Part shown: piece by piece, positions 38,878 through 47,266 of the stretch
Numbering within the stretch: position 1 is the stretch's first letter
Layout: every line of letters begins with the position of its first letter
NCBI GenBank assembly: GCA_050012075.1
Contig: JBEKHW010000002.1
Coordinates: forward strand, 126,889-190,888
Source: Candidatus Omnitrophota bacterium
GTDB taxonomy: Bacteria; Omnitrophota; Gorgyraeia; Gygaellales; Profunditerraquicolaceae
DNA length: 64,000 nucleotides
Direction of reading: 5' to 3'
The notes under the pieces: model-generated
Database searches by the model: none
What the model was told of the DNA's origin: nothing
Seen by the model: only the letters and a program-made list of their open reading frames with translations
Translations under genes and position numbers: made by a program

Positions 38878-39660
38878 ATGAATATTATAGTCTGTATAAA
38901 ACAGGTCCCTGAAACAACTGAAGTCCGGATTAACCCTGAGACAAATACATTAATCCGCGAAGGCGTTAAAGCCATTATTAACCCTTTTGATATGTATGCT
39001 ATTGAAGAGGGGGTGCGGCTTAAAGAGAAGTTCGGGGGAAAAGTTACTGTGGTTACCATGGGGCCTCCGCAGGCTGACGCCGCATTACGCGAAGCAATAT
39101 CCCTGGGTTGCGATGAAGGGGTTCTGGTTTCCGACCGCGCATTTGCCGGCAGCGATACCTGGGCAACCAGCTATACGCTTACAGGCGCAATCAAAAAAAT
39201 CGGCGGTTTTGACCTGATTATCTGCGGTAAGCAGGCCTCTGATGGTGACACCGCGCAGGTGGGGCCCGGTATTTCTACGCACCTGGATATACCACAGGTT
39301 ACTTACGTTAAGAAAGTAGAAGATGTGAATGAAAAGGCAATGCGCCTGGAACGGATGATGGAGGAGGGCTACGAAGTTATCGAAGTGCCCCTACCTTGCC
39401 TTATTACCGTAGTCAAAGAGATAAATGAGCCGCGGCTACCTTCTTTGAAAGGGATGATGAAGGCAAAGAGCGCAAAGATTTCTGTCTGGGGACAGAAGGA
39501 CCTTAACCTTGACCCGCAGGCAATAGGCCTTTGCGGTTCTCCTACCCAGGTCGTAAAAATATTTACTCCCCCGCAGCGCTTAGGCGGACAGATGCTTCAA
39601 GGTGAAGTTAGCGAAGTTAGCAAAAAGTTAGTGGAGTTGTTAAAAGCAGAGATTAATTAG
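38878..39660 (+). CDS. etfB: electron transfer flavoprotein subunit beta
   Basis: MNIIVCIKQVPET... is a typical EtfB N-terminus. 260 aa. Confidence 0.85.
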   Translation: MNIIVCIKQVPETTEVRINPETNTLIREGVKAIINPFDMYAIEEGVRLKEKFGGKVTVVTMGPPQADAALREAISLGCDEGVLVSDRAFAGSDTWATSYTLTGAIKKIGGFDLIICGKQASDGDTAQVGPGISTHLDIPQVTYVKKVEDVNEKAMRLERMMEEGYEVIEVPLPCLITVVKEINEPRLPSLKGMMKAKSAKISVWGQKDLNLDPQAIGLCGSPTQVVKIFTPPQRLGGQMLQGEVSEVSKKLVELLKAEIN

Positions 39661-39750
39661 TTCATAGTTCATAGTGGATAGTTCATAGTACTATCAACCA
39701 TGAACCATGTCAGCCGTAGGCTGATCCGCCTCCGGCGGAAACCATGAACT
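39661..39750. repeat. GTTCAT heptad-repeat element (copy B) plus GC hairpins in etfB-etfA spacer
   Basis: TTCATaGTTCATaGTggatAGTTCATaGTa ... ccATGAACcATG, then cagccgtaggctg and ccgcctccggcgg hairpins, then ccATGAACtaaaATG. Confidence 0.55.
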
Positions 39751-39753
39751 AAA

Positions 39754-40998
39754 ATGCCTATTCAAATAATTATCGAGAAATGCACCGGCTGCACATTATG
39801 TGTTTCGGCCTGCCCTTTTGATGCCATCCGTATAATGGACAAGCTAGAGAGCAGTGGTTCGGCCTCCGATAGCCGAAGCCATAAAAAGGCGGTTATAGAT
39901 TTGAATAAATGCACCCTTTGCGGCGCCTGTGTGCCTGCCTGCAAATTTAAAGCCGTGCTTTTGGAGAAAACGCCTGCCAAGTGTGACCTTCCGGATATAA
40001 AGGGATATAAAGGGATATGGGTTTTTATTGAGCAAAAAAAAGGGAAAGTCCAGTCCGTATCCTATGAGCTCCTCGGTAAGGCCAGGGACCTGGCAGCTAA
40101 ATTAAATACCGATGTAAGTGGCATACTTATTGGCACTAACTTGGGTGACCAGATAGATGAACTTATATATTGCGGCGCAGATAAAGTTTATCTTGTCGAA
40201 GCGCCGGAAGTGGCAGAATTTCAGGATGAACCCTATACTAATATACTTGTTGAGCTGGTAAACAAATACAAACCGGAGATCTTGCTTTGCGGGGCTACTG
40301 CTATCGGTAGGTCACTTATCTCCCGCGTGGCTGTAAAGATAAAAGCAGGCCTTACTGCTGACTGTACAGGCCTGGATATAGACCAGGATAAGAAGATATT
40401 GCTCCAGACACGGCCTGCGTTTGGCGGGAATATCATGGCCACTATTATCAGTCCTAATTACCGGCCGCAGATGGCCACTGTCAGGCATAAGGTATTTGCG
40501 CCAATGAGCCCGGATCGCCATCGTAAAGGCAAAGTTATAAAGGAACAATTTACTGGTTCAGCATTTACCTCTCGGACAAAGCTCCTAGACATTGTAGAAG
40601 AGATAGAGTCGCTTGTGAATATCGCGGAAGCCGATATAATAGTTTCCGGCGGCAGAGGAATGGGCGGCAAGGAAAACTTTAAAATATTGGAAAAACTTGC
40701 GCATGTGTTGGGCGCAGCAGTGGGCTCTTCACGCGCAGCAGTAGACGCCGGGTGGATGCCTTATTCGCATCAGGTGGGCCAGACCGGCCGGACAGTCGCC
40801 CCCAAGATATATATTGCCTGCGGGATTTCAGGGCAAATCCAGCATCTTGTCGGTATGCAGTCGTCAAAGATAATAGTCGCAATAAACAAAGACCCCGAGG
40901 CGCCTATATTTAAAGTTGCTACCTACTGCATAGTCGCAGATTTGTTTCAGATCATACCGGAGTTAACCAAGAGGTTTGCCGAAGCCCTGAAGAAATAA
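39754..40998 (+). CDS. etfA: electron transfer flavoprotein subunit alpha with N-terminal 2x[4Fe-4S] ferredoxin domain
   Basis: CTGCTLCVSACP and CTLCGACVPACK cluster motifs, followed by an EtfA/FixB FAD-binding domain. 414 aa. Confidence 0.85.
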   Translation: MPIQIIIEKCTGCTLCVSACPFDAIRIMDKLESSGSASDSRSHKKAVIDLNKCTLCGACVPACKFKAVLLEKTPAKCDLPDIKGYKGIWVFIEQKKGKVQSVSYELLGKARDLAAKLNTDVSGILIGTNLGDQIDELIYCGADKVYLVEAPEVAEFQDEPYTNILVELVNKYKPEILLCGATAIGRSLISRVAVKIKAGLTADCTGLDIDQDKKILLQTRPAFGGNIMATIISPNYRPQMATVRHKVFAPMSPDRHRKGKVIKEQFTGSAFTSRTKLLDIVEEIESLVNIAEADIIVSGGRGMGGKENFKILEKLAHVLGAAVGSSRAAVDAGWMPYSHQVGQTGRTVAPKIYIACGISGQIQHLVGMQSSKIIVAINKDPEAPIFKVATYCIVADLFQIIPELTKRFAEALKK

Positions 40999-41003
40999 AG
41001 AAG

Positions 41004-41414
41004 ATGAAGAAAAATGCTTCATCGGGTTTTACGCTCGTAGAAGTCCTTTTGGTTGCCGCAATTATCGCGTTGCTTGCCGCTATAGCCATACCTAATTTAT
41101 TGGCAGCCAGGAGAACTGCCAATGAAGCAGCAGCCAAATCAAGCCTCCGCAGCATTTCTACCGCCGCAGAAACTTATTCTGTTGCTCATGCCTCCAATTA
41201 TCCCGGTTCGATCTCGGAGCTAGAAACCTTCATTACCTCTGCCGGTGATTATTGCGCAGATGGCAATGGGGCAGTAAAGGCAGTCCAGGGATACTATTAT
41301 TCCTGCATATTAACCAGCGGCGGCTATATTCTTGTCGCCAGCCCCGTCATTCCGGGAAATACCGGCAATATCACCTATACCGCTATCACAGGCGGCGCAT
41401 TAACCCCACTTTAA
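41004..41414 (+). CDS. prepilin-type N-terminal cleavage/methylation domain protein (type IV pilin / pseudopilin-like)
   Basis: MKKNASSGFTLVEVLLVAAIIALLAAIAIPN is a class III signal peptide (G/FTLVE) plus hydrophobic helix. 136 aa. Confidence 0.7.
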   Translation: MKKNASSGFTLVEVLLVAAIIALLAAIAIPNLLAARRTANEAAAKSSLRSISTAAETYSVAHASNYPGSISELETFITSAGDYCADGNGAVKAVQGYYYSCILTSGGYILVASPVIPGNTGNITYTAITGGALTPL

Positions 41415-41425
41415 CTAATCCGCCG

Positions 41426-41447
41426 AAAGAAAACGTTTTCTTTAAAC
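41426..41447 (+). terminator. weak terminator-like palindrome after pilin gene
   Basis: agaaaacgttttct perfect palindrome, with no strong downstream T-tract. Confidence 0.25.
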
Positions 41448-41527
41448 CCTGCCTACTATCTTGAAAAATCCTGTTTATTAAGGCACAATTAATTTGGAGG
41501 ATCCTTTAATTAACCCGGGACGTAACC

Positions 41528-41875
41528 ATGGAAGTGGAAGGGGATTTTAAAGAAAAAAGGGCCAACAAAAGGTTTCCTATAACTATCCCTTTAACCTGTT
41601 GTGATAGCTTTGGCAATATGGGATATACGGAGACGCGCGATATCAGCACCGCAGGATTAGGCATTATGTCTAACACGAATTTACCTGCGGGCAGCCCCGT
41701 GGAAATATTTTTGCAGATGCCTGATAATGGACAGAAGATCTATCGTAAAGCAACAGTTATCTGGAGCGTTAGCATTGCTTCCGGAATGTTCAGGGTGGGC
41801 GTACAATTAAGAGATTCTATATTAAACCCCATTGCGTTGATTCTTCGAGCAGTTAATTACCAGCAAAGACATTAA
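41528..41875 (+). CDS. PilZ-domain c-di-GMP binding protein
   Basis: RxxxR motif (KRANKRF) and D-x-S-x-x-G motif (DISTAGLG). 115 aa. Confidence 0.7.
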   Translation: MEVEGDFKEKRANKRFPITIPLTCCDSFGNMGYTETRDISTAGLGIMSNTNLPAGSPVEIFLQMPDNGQKIYRKATVIWSVSIASGMFRVGVQLRDSILNPIALILRAVNYQQRH

Positions 41876-41962
41876 CCTGCCTGCATAGGGTAAAACCTCA
41901 TAAAAACACTACTCCTTAAAAGATTCTATCTTAAAATTTTTTCATAGCCAATCATATGTAAA

Positions 41963-42056
41963 CCCCGTTAGAAAGCCTCATCTCGTTACAAAAGTTCTTT
42001 GTAATGAGGTCCTATCTATGCGGGATGAATATATAAGATCTTTCTTTCTAACGGGG
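41963..42056. other. 94-nt nested inverted-repeat element in AT-rich intergenic region (candidate sRNA or miniature repeat)
   Basis: Outer 13-bp perfect IR ccccgttagaaag / ctttctaacgggg. Inner stems cctcat/atgagg and ttacaaa/tttgtaa. No ORF present. Confidence 0.4.
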
Positions 42057-42136
42057 TAAATACGCATAATTATTCATATTTACACATCGTTTCAACCATA
42101 AATGTATGATTATGTTAAAGAATGTTAATATTCTCC

Positions 42137-42164
42137 TTGACAAAATCATTTTTTTATTTATAAT
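42137..42164 (+). promoter_or_regulatory. near-consensus sigma70 promoter upstream of HTH-smc
   Basis: ttgaca - 16 nt - tataat. Confidence 0.55.
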
Positions 42165-42180
42165 GAAATTTGTAATTTAT

Positions 42181-42243
42181 CCCGCACCTTTTATCCATTC
42201 ATGTATTTAGCTAAAATACTTGAATAAGAAAAAGGTGCGGGGT
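42181..42243 (+). promoter_or_regulatory. 5'-UTR hairpin that sequesters the Shine-Dalgarno of the HTH gene
   Basis: cccgcacctttt - 40-nt loop - aaaaggtgcggg. The right arm contains the SD (aaggtg) 6 nt before ATG 42246. Confidence 0.5.
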
Positions 42244-42245
42244 TT

Positions 42246-42443
42246 ATGGGGGTAAAAATGGTAAACGCAGAATTAATGACAATTGATGACCTGGCGGATT
42301 ATTTAAAGGTAACGCGCCGCACTATTTATGAGTGGCTAAAGCTTAAAAAAATCCCGGCAGTAAAGCTTGTCGGCCAATGGCGTTTCCGTAAAGATAAAAT
42401 TGATGCCTGGATTGACAGTTCAACCACTAAATCATTAAATTGA
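42246..42443 (+). CDS. excisionase/MerR-type helix-turn-helix (HTH_17) DNA-binding protein
   Basis: 65 aa. LMTIDDLADYLKVTRRTIYEWLKLKKIPAVKLVGQWRFRKDKIDAWI matches the excisionase-family HTH pattern (x-RRTIY-W....IPA-K-G-WRF....D-W). Confidence 0.65.
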   Translation: MGVKMVNAELMTIDDLADYLKVTRRTIYEWLKLKKIPAVKLVGQWRFRKDKIDAWIDSSTTKSLN

Positions 42444-42456
42444 TGGAGGGATAGGC

Positions 42457-45400
42457 ATGTATTTTAAAAAATTGGAACTCATAGGGTTTAAGTCTTTCTG
42501 CGATAAGACCACTCTTCATTTTGAACCGGGTATTACCGCCGTTGTGGGGCCAAACGGATGCGGTAAATCCAATATATTTGATTCGATACGTTGGGTCCTT
42601 GGCGAGCAATCTGCTAAATCCCTGCGCGGCTCAGAGATGCAGGACGTTATTTTTAACGGAACGGATGTAAAAGAGCCTCTTGGCATGGCAGAGGTAACTC
42701 TTACTTTTGAGAATACCCAACGGTTTTTTAATTTTGACCATGACGAAGTAGCGATTACCCGCAGGCTATTCCGCTCAGGAGAGAGTGAATATCTACTTAA
42801 TAAAACACAGGTAAGGTTAAAGGATATCCTGGATATACTGTTAGGCACAGGGGTGGGCGCGGAAAGCTATTCCATTGTTGCGCAAGGTAAGATTGACTTA
42901 GTTTTAAGTTCAAGGCCGGAAGACAGGCGTTTAGTTTTTGATGAGGCTTCAGGGATTACGAAATACAAAGCGCAGAAAAGAGAAACTACGAGGAAGCTGG
43001 AAGAAACAGAACAGAACCTGTTGCGCGTAAACGATATAGTCACCGAAGTCAAGCGCCAGATCGGGAGCCTTGAACGCCAGGCAAATAAGGCGCGTAAATA
43101 TAAAGAGGTATTCGAAGAGTTAAAAGCAAAAGAGGCGACGTTGGCTTCTCTAGAGCGCCAGGAAATCCTCGGACAGAAACAAGGGATTACAAAAGAACTG
43201 GACAGTTTTCAGGCGCGGGAGTCAGAGCTTTTAAGTTTGGCCAGGGAAGAGGAATCAAGGATCGCCGACCGCCAGAATGAAGTCAGGCTCCAGGAAGAAA
43301 TAATTTCAAATATAAAGAACGGTATCATGACCGGAGAAAACCGGATAATCAGGAACAATGAGCGGATAGCTTTTAATAAGGAGCACTTAGAAGAATTGTC
43401 TTCTACAAAGAGATACCTCGAGTCCCAAGTTGCGCAATTTGAAGAAAAACTTGTTTCCCAACAGGATAAGCTAAACACGGTAAGGGAGGAATTTGAATCA
43501 TTAAGGGGCAATATTGAAACAAAATCGGGGCTCTTATCCCAGAAGGATATCCAGATTAATGCCCTTGCAGCCAGCATAAAGGAATCATTGGAAAGGATAT
43601 CTTGCGCTAAAAAGAATATCCTGGAGCTCGCCGGGAATATCGCAGCCGCGAAGAATGAAATAGCCGATTTTAAATCCAAGGAGCAGATCTATCTTTCCCG
43701 CAAGAAAAGGCTTGAGATTGAAAAAGCCAAGGCCTACGAAGAGCACGTAATAACCGAAGAAACCCTGAAAAACATAACCCGTGAGGCAGAATCCCTCCGT
43801 AATATTGTCCAGGATTTGAACTGTAAGACCGACGAAAAGAAAAGCCAGATAGAAAATGAAAAATCTATTTTAAATAGCTTAACCGCTCAAATCGTTGAAC
43901 TGGAAAGAGAAAAATTGACCCTGGGTTCCCAGAAGGAGTTTTTGGATAAACTAAAAACCAAGTACGATGATATCGGCGAGTCCCTTAATGCAGTTATCTA
44001 TCTTGATAAGTTACCCAGGGAGGACGTAAGCGGCCTGGTTGTAAAAATTAAGAATAATGTCAATCCGCCCAGGCAGGATGAAACGCAGATTGAGCCGGCA
44101 AGCTTCAAACTTTCCGGGGAGGCAAAGCCCATTGAGCTTGATACGCGTAAGATTGAAGACAAAATCAATGTCCTGGCAGAAAAGATATCTACTCTGGGCA
44201 GTAAGAGAGATCTAAGCCAGTCTAATATCGAATCCTTTGGCATGGATATTGTTTCTATACAACAGGAATTACGCACCCAGGAAATCGCGCTTGCCAACAA
44301 AGAAAGCAACCTCTCGACCGTCGTTGAGCAATTTAACAAGATAAAAGAAGAAGAGGATATCATAGTCCTCGAACTATCGGAAGTAGAAAGGGAGATCTCC
44401 GTATTGGAAAAAAACGTATCTTCTTCGCAGGTAAAACTGCAGGAATTGAACAAAGAACAGATTGTAACGGAGGGCCTGATATCGGAGGAGGAAACCAAGA
44501 TCTCTGTTAATTCCAATCTGAGGGAAGAATTGTTGGTCGCGATTACCCAGCTAAAGACGGAGCTGGAAACTTTGAATAAGCGTGTTATTTCAGATGCGGC
44601 AACCGTGAAGTTATTGGAAGATACTTACAAACATGAAATGGATAATTTCACGAATGTGCAAAATCAAATATCCGATACTGCGGCCAAGAGTGGTTCTTTA
44701 GAAACAGAAATAAAAGAATGCCAAAATAGCAACGAAGAACTCTCTCTCGAGATCAGAAATCAAAACGACGCCCTTAAACAGGCGCAGGAGAAATTTAAAG
44801 AGGCAACGGCCTCGATAAGCGAGGTTGTAGCTAAGATTGAGGCTGAGCGTAAAGAGGTAGGCACAATAAAGGATAAGATTTATGAATTACAGATGAGCGC
44901 CAAAGACCTTGACTACAGATATTCCACAATAAAGACCAGGATGCTTGAGGCATATAAAATTGACGTGGAGGAGTTGGCCCCACAGACAGAAGGGAGCGAA
45001 AGCATAAATGTTTCCCAGGATATAGAGGCCCTAAAACAGAAATTGGATTCCTACGGCACGGTAAATTTAGTGGCTATTGAGGAATATGATGAGCTTAAGA
45101 AGAGATATGATTTTCTCATACAGCAGCAGAATGATCTACTTTGCGCAAAAGAGTCGCTCCACGAAGCTATCTTGAAGATTAACCGCACTACCAAGCAGAT
45201 GTTCATGGAGACATTTGAGAAGGTAAAGGTTGAATTCCGCAATTACTTCCGGATGCTCTTTAACGGAGGAGATGCGCAGGTGTTTCTAATTGACGAGCAG
45301 GACCCCCTTGAATCAGGCATCGAGATTATTTGCCGGCCTCCCGGCAAGAAACTGCAGAATGTGTTATTGCTCTCCGGAGGAGAAAAATCCATGTCTGCCA

Positions 45401-45693
45401 TAGCGTTAATCTTCGCGATCTTTAAGGTAAAACCTTCTCCATTCTGCGTCCTGGATGAGATTGACGCGGCACTTGATGAAGCAAATGTGGACAGGTTCTC
45501 CCGCGCCCTTCAGGAATTTGCCAAGACTTCGCAATTCATTGTCATTACGCATAATAAAAAGACGATTGCCAATGCCGACGTGATGTATGGAATCACCATG
45601 CAGCATTCAGGGGTATCGCGTATTGTGTCGGTTAAGTTCGGGAAAAAACCCGAGGAGCCGGATAAAGAAGTGGATAGTGTGGCAGCTGCCTAA
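42457..45693 (+). CDS. smc: chromosome segregation protein SMC (short-hinge variant)
   Basis: Canonical SMC N-terminus (LELIGFKSFCDKTTL.F.PGITAVVGPNGCGKSNI.DSIRWVLGEQSAKSLRG). C-terminal signature LSGGEKSMSAIALIFAIF and Walker B VLDEIDAALD. Long coiled coils. 1078 aa. Confidence 0.85.
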   Translation: MYFKKLELIGFKSFCDKTTLHFEPGITAVVGPNGCGKSNIFDSIRWVLGEQSAKSLRGSEMQDVIFNGTDVKEPLGMAEVTLTFENTQRFFNFDHDEVAITRRLFRSGESEYLLNKTQVRLKDILDILLGTGVGAESYSIVAQGKIDLVLSSRPEDRRLVFDEASGITKYKAQKRETTRKLEETEQNLLRVNDIVTEVKRQIGSLERQANKARKYKEVFEELKAKEATLASLERQEILGQKQGITKELDSFQARESELLSLAREEESRIADRQNEVRLQEEIISNIKNGIMTGENRIIRNNERIAFNKEHLEELSSTKRYLESQVAQFEEKLVSQQDKLNTVREEFESLRGNIETKSGLLSQKDIQINALAASIKESLERISCAKKNILELAGNIAAAKNEIADFKSKEQIYLSRKKRLEIEKAKAYEEHVITEETLKNITREAESLRNIVQDLNCKTDEKKSQIENEKSILNSLTAQIVELEREKLTLGSQKEFLDKLKTKYDDIGESLNAVIYLDKLPREDVSGLVVKIKNNVNPPRQDETQIEPASFKLSGEAKPIELDTRKIEDKINVLAEKISTLGSKRDLSQSNIESFGMDIVSIQQELRTQEIALANKESNLSTVVEQFNKIKEEEDIIVLELSEVEREISVLEKNVSSSQVKLQELNKEQIVTEGLISEEETKISVNSNLREELLVAITQLKTELETLNKRVISDAATVKLLEDTYKHEMDNFTNVQNQISDTAAKSGSLETEIKECQNSNEELSLEIRNQNDALKQAQEKFKEATASISEVVAKIEAERKEVGTIKDKIYELQMSAKDLDYRYSTIKTRMLEAYKIDVEELAPQTEGSESINVSQDIEALKQKLDSYGTVNLVAIEEYDELKKRYDFLIQQQNDLLCAKESLHEAILKINRTTKQMFMETFEKVKVEFRNYFRMLFNGGDAQVFLIDEQDPLESGIEIICRPPGKKLQNVLLLSGGEKSMSAIALIFAIFKVKPSPFCVLDEIDAALDEANVDRFSRALQEFAKTSQFIVITHNKKTIANADVMYGITMQHSGVSRIVSVKFGKKPEEPDKEVDSVAAA

Positions 45694-46898
45694 CAGCAGG
45701 TAGTGTTTTTACCTTTGTGTTTAGCATCATACAGCCTTTTATCCGCAGTGTTAATGAGTTCGGTAGGAATCGAACCATCTTCAGGATAAGTAGCAAGGCC
45801 TAAACTCACCGTTATTCTCTTATTAGGAAGGATCTCTTCGTGCGGGAAAACATATTTTTCTATTTCCGTGCGTAGCCGCTCCGCGATCATATACGCGCTT
45901 TTCTTTTCTGCCTGCGGCAGGATAATCGTAAATTCCTCACCCCCATACCTGCATACGTAATCCATCTTCCTGGACTGGTTCTTAAGCAGGGACGCCATCT
46001 CCTTAAGGATCTTATCTCCCGGTTGATGGCCGAGTATATCGTTGTACACCTTAAAATCATCGATATCGAGCATAATGAGGCTCATGGTGGATTTATTCGC
46101 CTTTGCTTTTTCAAGTTCTGCCTGGAACAGGTAGCGGAAATAACCCTGGTTCCATAATCCGGTCAGGGAATCCATATGCGCCTGTTTTACGGTTTTCTCA
46201 TAAAGCCGTGAATTTTCAATCGCAAGGCCAGCCTGGTTGGCAAGCATTATAAGCATGCGCAGGTCATCCTTGGTAATGGGTTTTTTGGTGATGAAATTAT
46301 CAGCTACGATTATTCCGTTTACCTTATCTTTGGCTTTTAGCGGGATGAGGACAATCTCCTCGCTCTTTAAGAGTTGTATTAAGGGGGAATTTTTATGCGT
46401 ATCTATTTTTTCCTTTGTCAGGTGTAGCGGCATCCCTTCTAATGTCGCCATAGCCAGCAGGCTTTCGTTATCTCCCTGGAGGGGTATCTTCATATGGCGG
46501 ACTTGCTTATTAAACCCGCTTTCAAGTGCCTCACGGGAGAATTTATAGGCGTTGATGAGGTCATCCATATCCATTTCTTCCTGTTCTATCTGCGTCCAGA
46601 TACGGCTTGCCTCTTCTAATGTTTCCGGCCCTATTCCCATTTCTCCTTCGATTACGCCTTCTATTTCATTGAAGAGAAAAAGTGAGGCGCGGTTAAACCC
46701 CAGGCCGCTGTGCGCAGTAACTCCGGTCAGGATGATATAGAGGATTTCCTCTAGCTCCAGGGTCGTGCGCATGGCATTGGAAATCTCATAGAGGATATTG
46801 AGCTCGTTCTTAGTGCGCTCTAAATCGCCCTTTATCCGGTCTAATTCCTCTTTTTCTGTAGGTTTCTTTAGCTCTTCCATATCCTGTAAATCTAACAT
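45690..46898 (-). CDS. GGDEF diguanylate cyclase with N-terminal GAF-like sensor region
   Basis: RYGGEEFTIILP active-site motif, DSLTGLWNQGYF, and an N-terminal GAF-like region (ILYIILTGVTAHSGLGFNRASLFL). Confidence 0.85.
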   Translation of the reverse strand: MLDLQDMEELKKPTEKEELDRIKGDLERTKNELNILYEISNAMRTTLELEEILYIILTGVTAHSGLGFNRASLFLFNEIEGVIEGEMGIGPETLEEASRIWTQIEQEEMDMDDLINAYKFSREALESGFNKQVRHMKIPLQGDNESLLAMATLEGMPLHLTKEKIDTHKNSPLIQLLKSEEIVLIPLKAKDKVNGIIVADNFITKKPITKDDLRMLIMLANQAGLAIENSRLYEKTVKQAHMDSLTGLWNQGYFRYLFQAELEKAKANKSTMSLIMLDIDDFKVYNDILGHQPGDKILKEMASLLKNQSRKMDYVCRYGGEEFTIILPQAEKKSAYMIAERLRTEIEKYVFPHEEILPNKRITVSLGLATYPEDGSIPTELINTADKRLYDAKHKGKNTTCC

Positions 46899-47147
46899 AT
46901 TTTTTGCCTTATGTCAACCCAGTTACTGTTAGAAATAGGATATCGTTGCGTCCATTTAGGTGGGTTCTTTCGCAAGATACACATAAATAGGCGAAAGAAC
47001 CAAAGGGGTGTGGGGAAAAAGTTTCCCCACGCTTTCGGGGTAACAGTCCACCGCTACTTTTGGCGGACGCCATAGGGGCAGAGCCCCTTTGGGGAGCGAA
47101 GCCGAAGGCGAAGCGACGGAGAGGGGTGATGCCTATGCGCTATACAC

Positions 47148-47266
47148 CTTGCGCTTATCGGAATTGCGCAAGTTTGGCCACAAGGACAATACTGGCGCAA
47201 TTCAGATTAGCGCCAGGTAGCTAGCCCTTGTGGGTTAACACCCCGCGCTTAGCGGTATTGCGCGGG
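47148..47266. repeat. three copies of a 25-nt GC-stem/11-nt-loop hairpin upstream of recA promoter
   Basis: cttgcgc-ttatcggaatt-gcgcaag (47148-47172). ctggcgc-aattcagatta-gcgccag (47192-47216, loop is the approximate reverse complement). cccgcgc-ttagcggtatt-gcgcggg (47242-47266). Confidence 0.5.

Noticed and set aside
41252-41464. 70-aa + strand ORF overlapping the 3' end of the pilin gene
   Set aside because: Alternate frame of the pilin gene. Its Arg/His/Tyr-rich translation has no start context. Spurious.
42246-42443. Interpretation of HTH excisionase gene as evidence of an integrated prophage/ICE at this locus
   Set aside because: No integrase, recombination directionality partner, tRNA target, or flanking direct repeats are visible within the window. 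The flanking genes are core (etfA, smc). It is noted as a possibility only.
43209-44516. Two minus-strand ORFs (156 aa and 172 aa) inside smc
   Set aside because: Antisense to a coiled-coil-coding region (Ser/Leu-rich repeats). Spurious.
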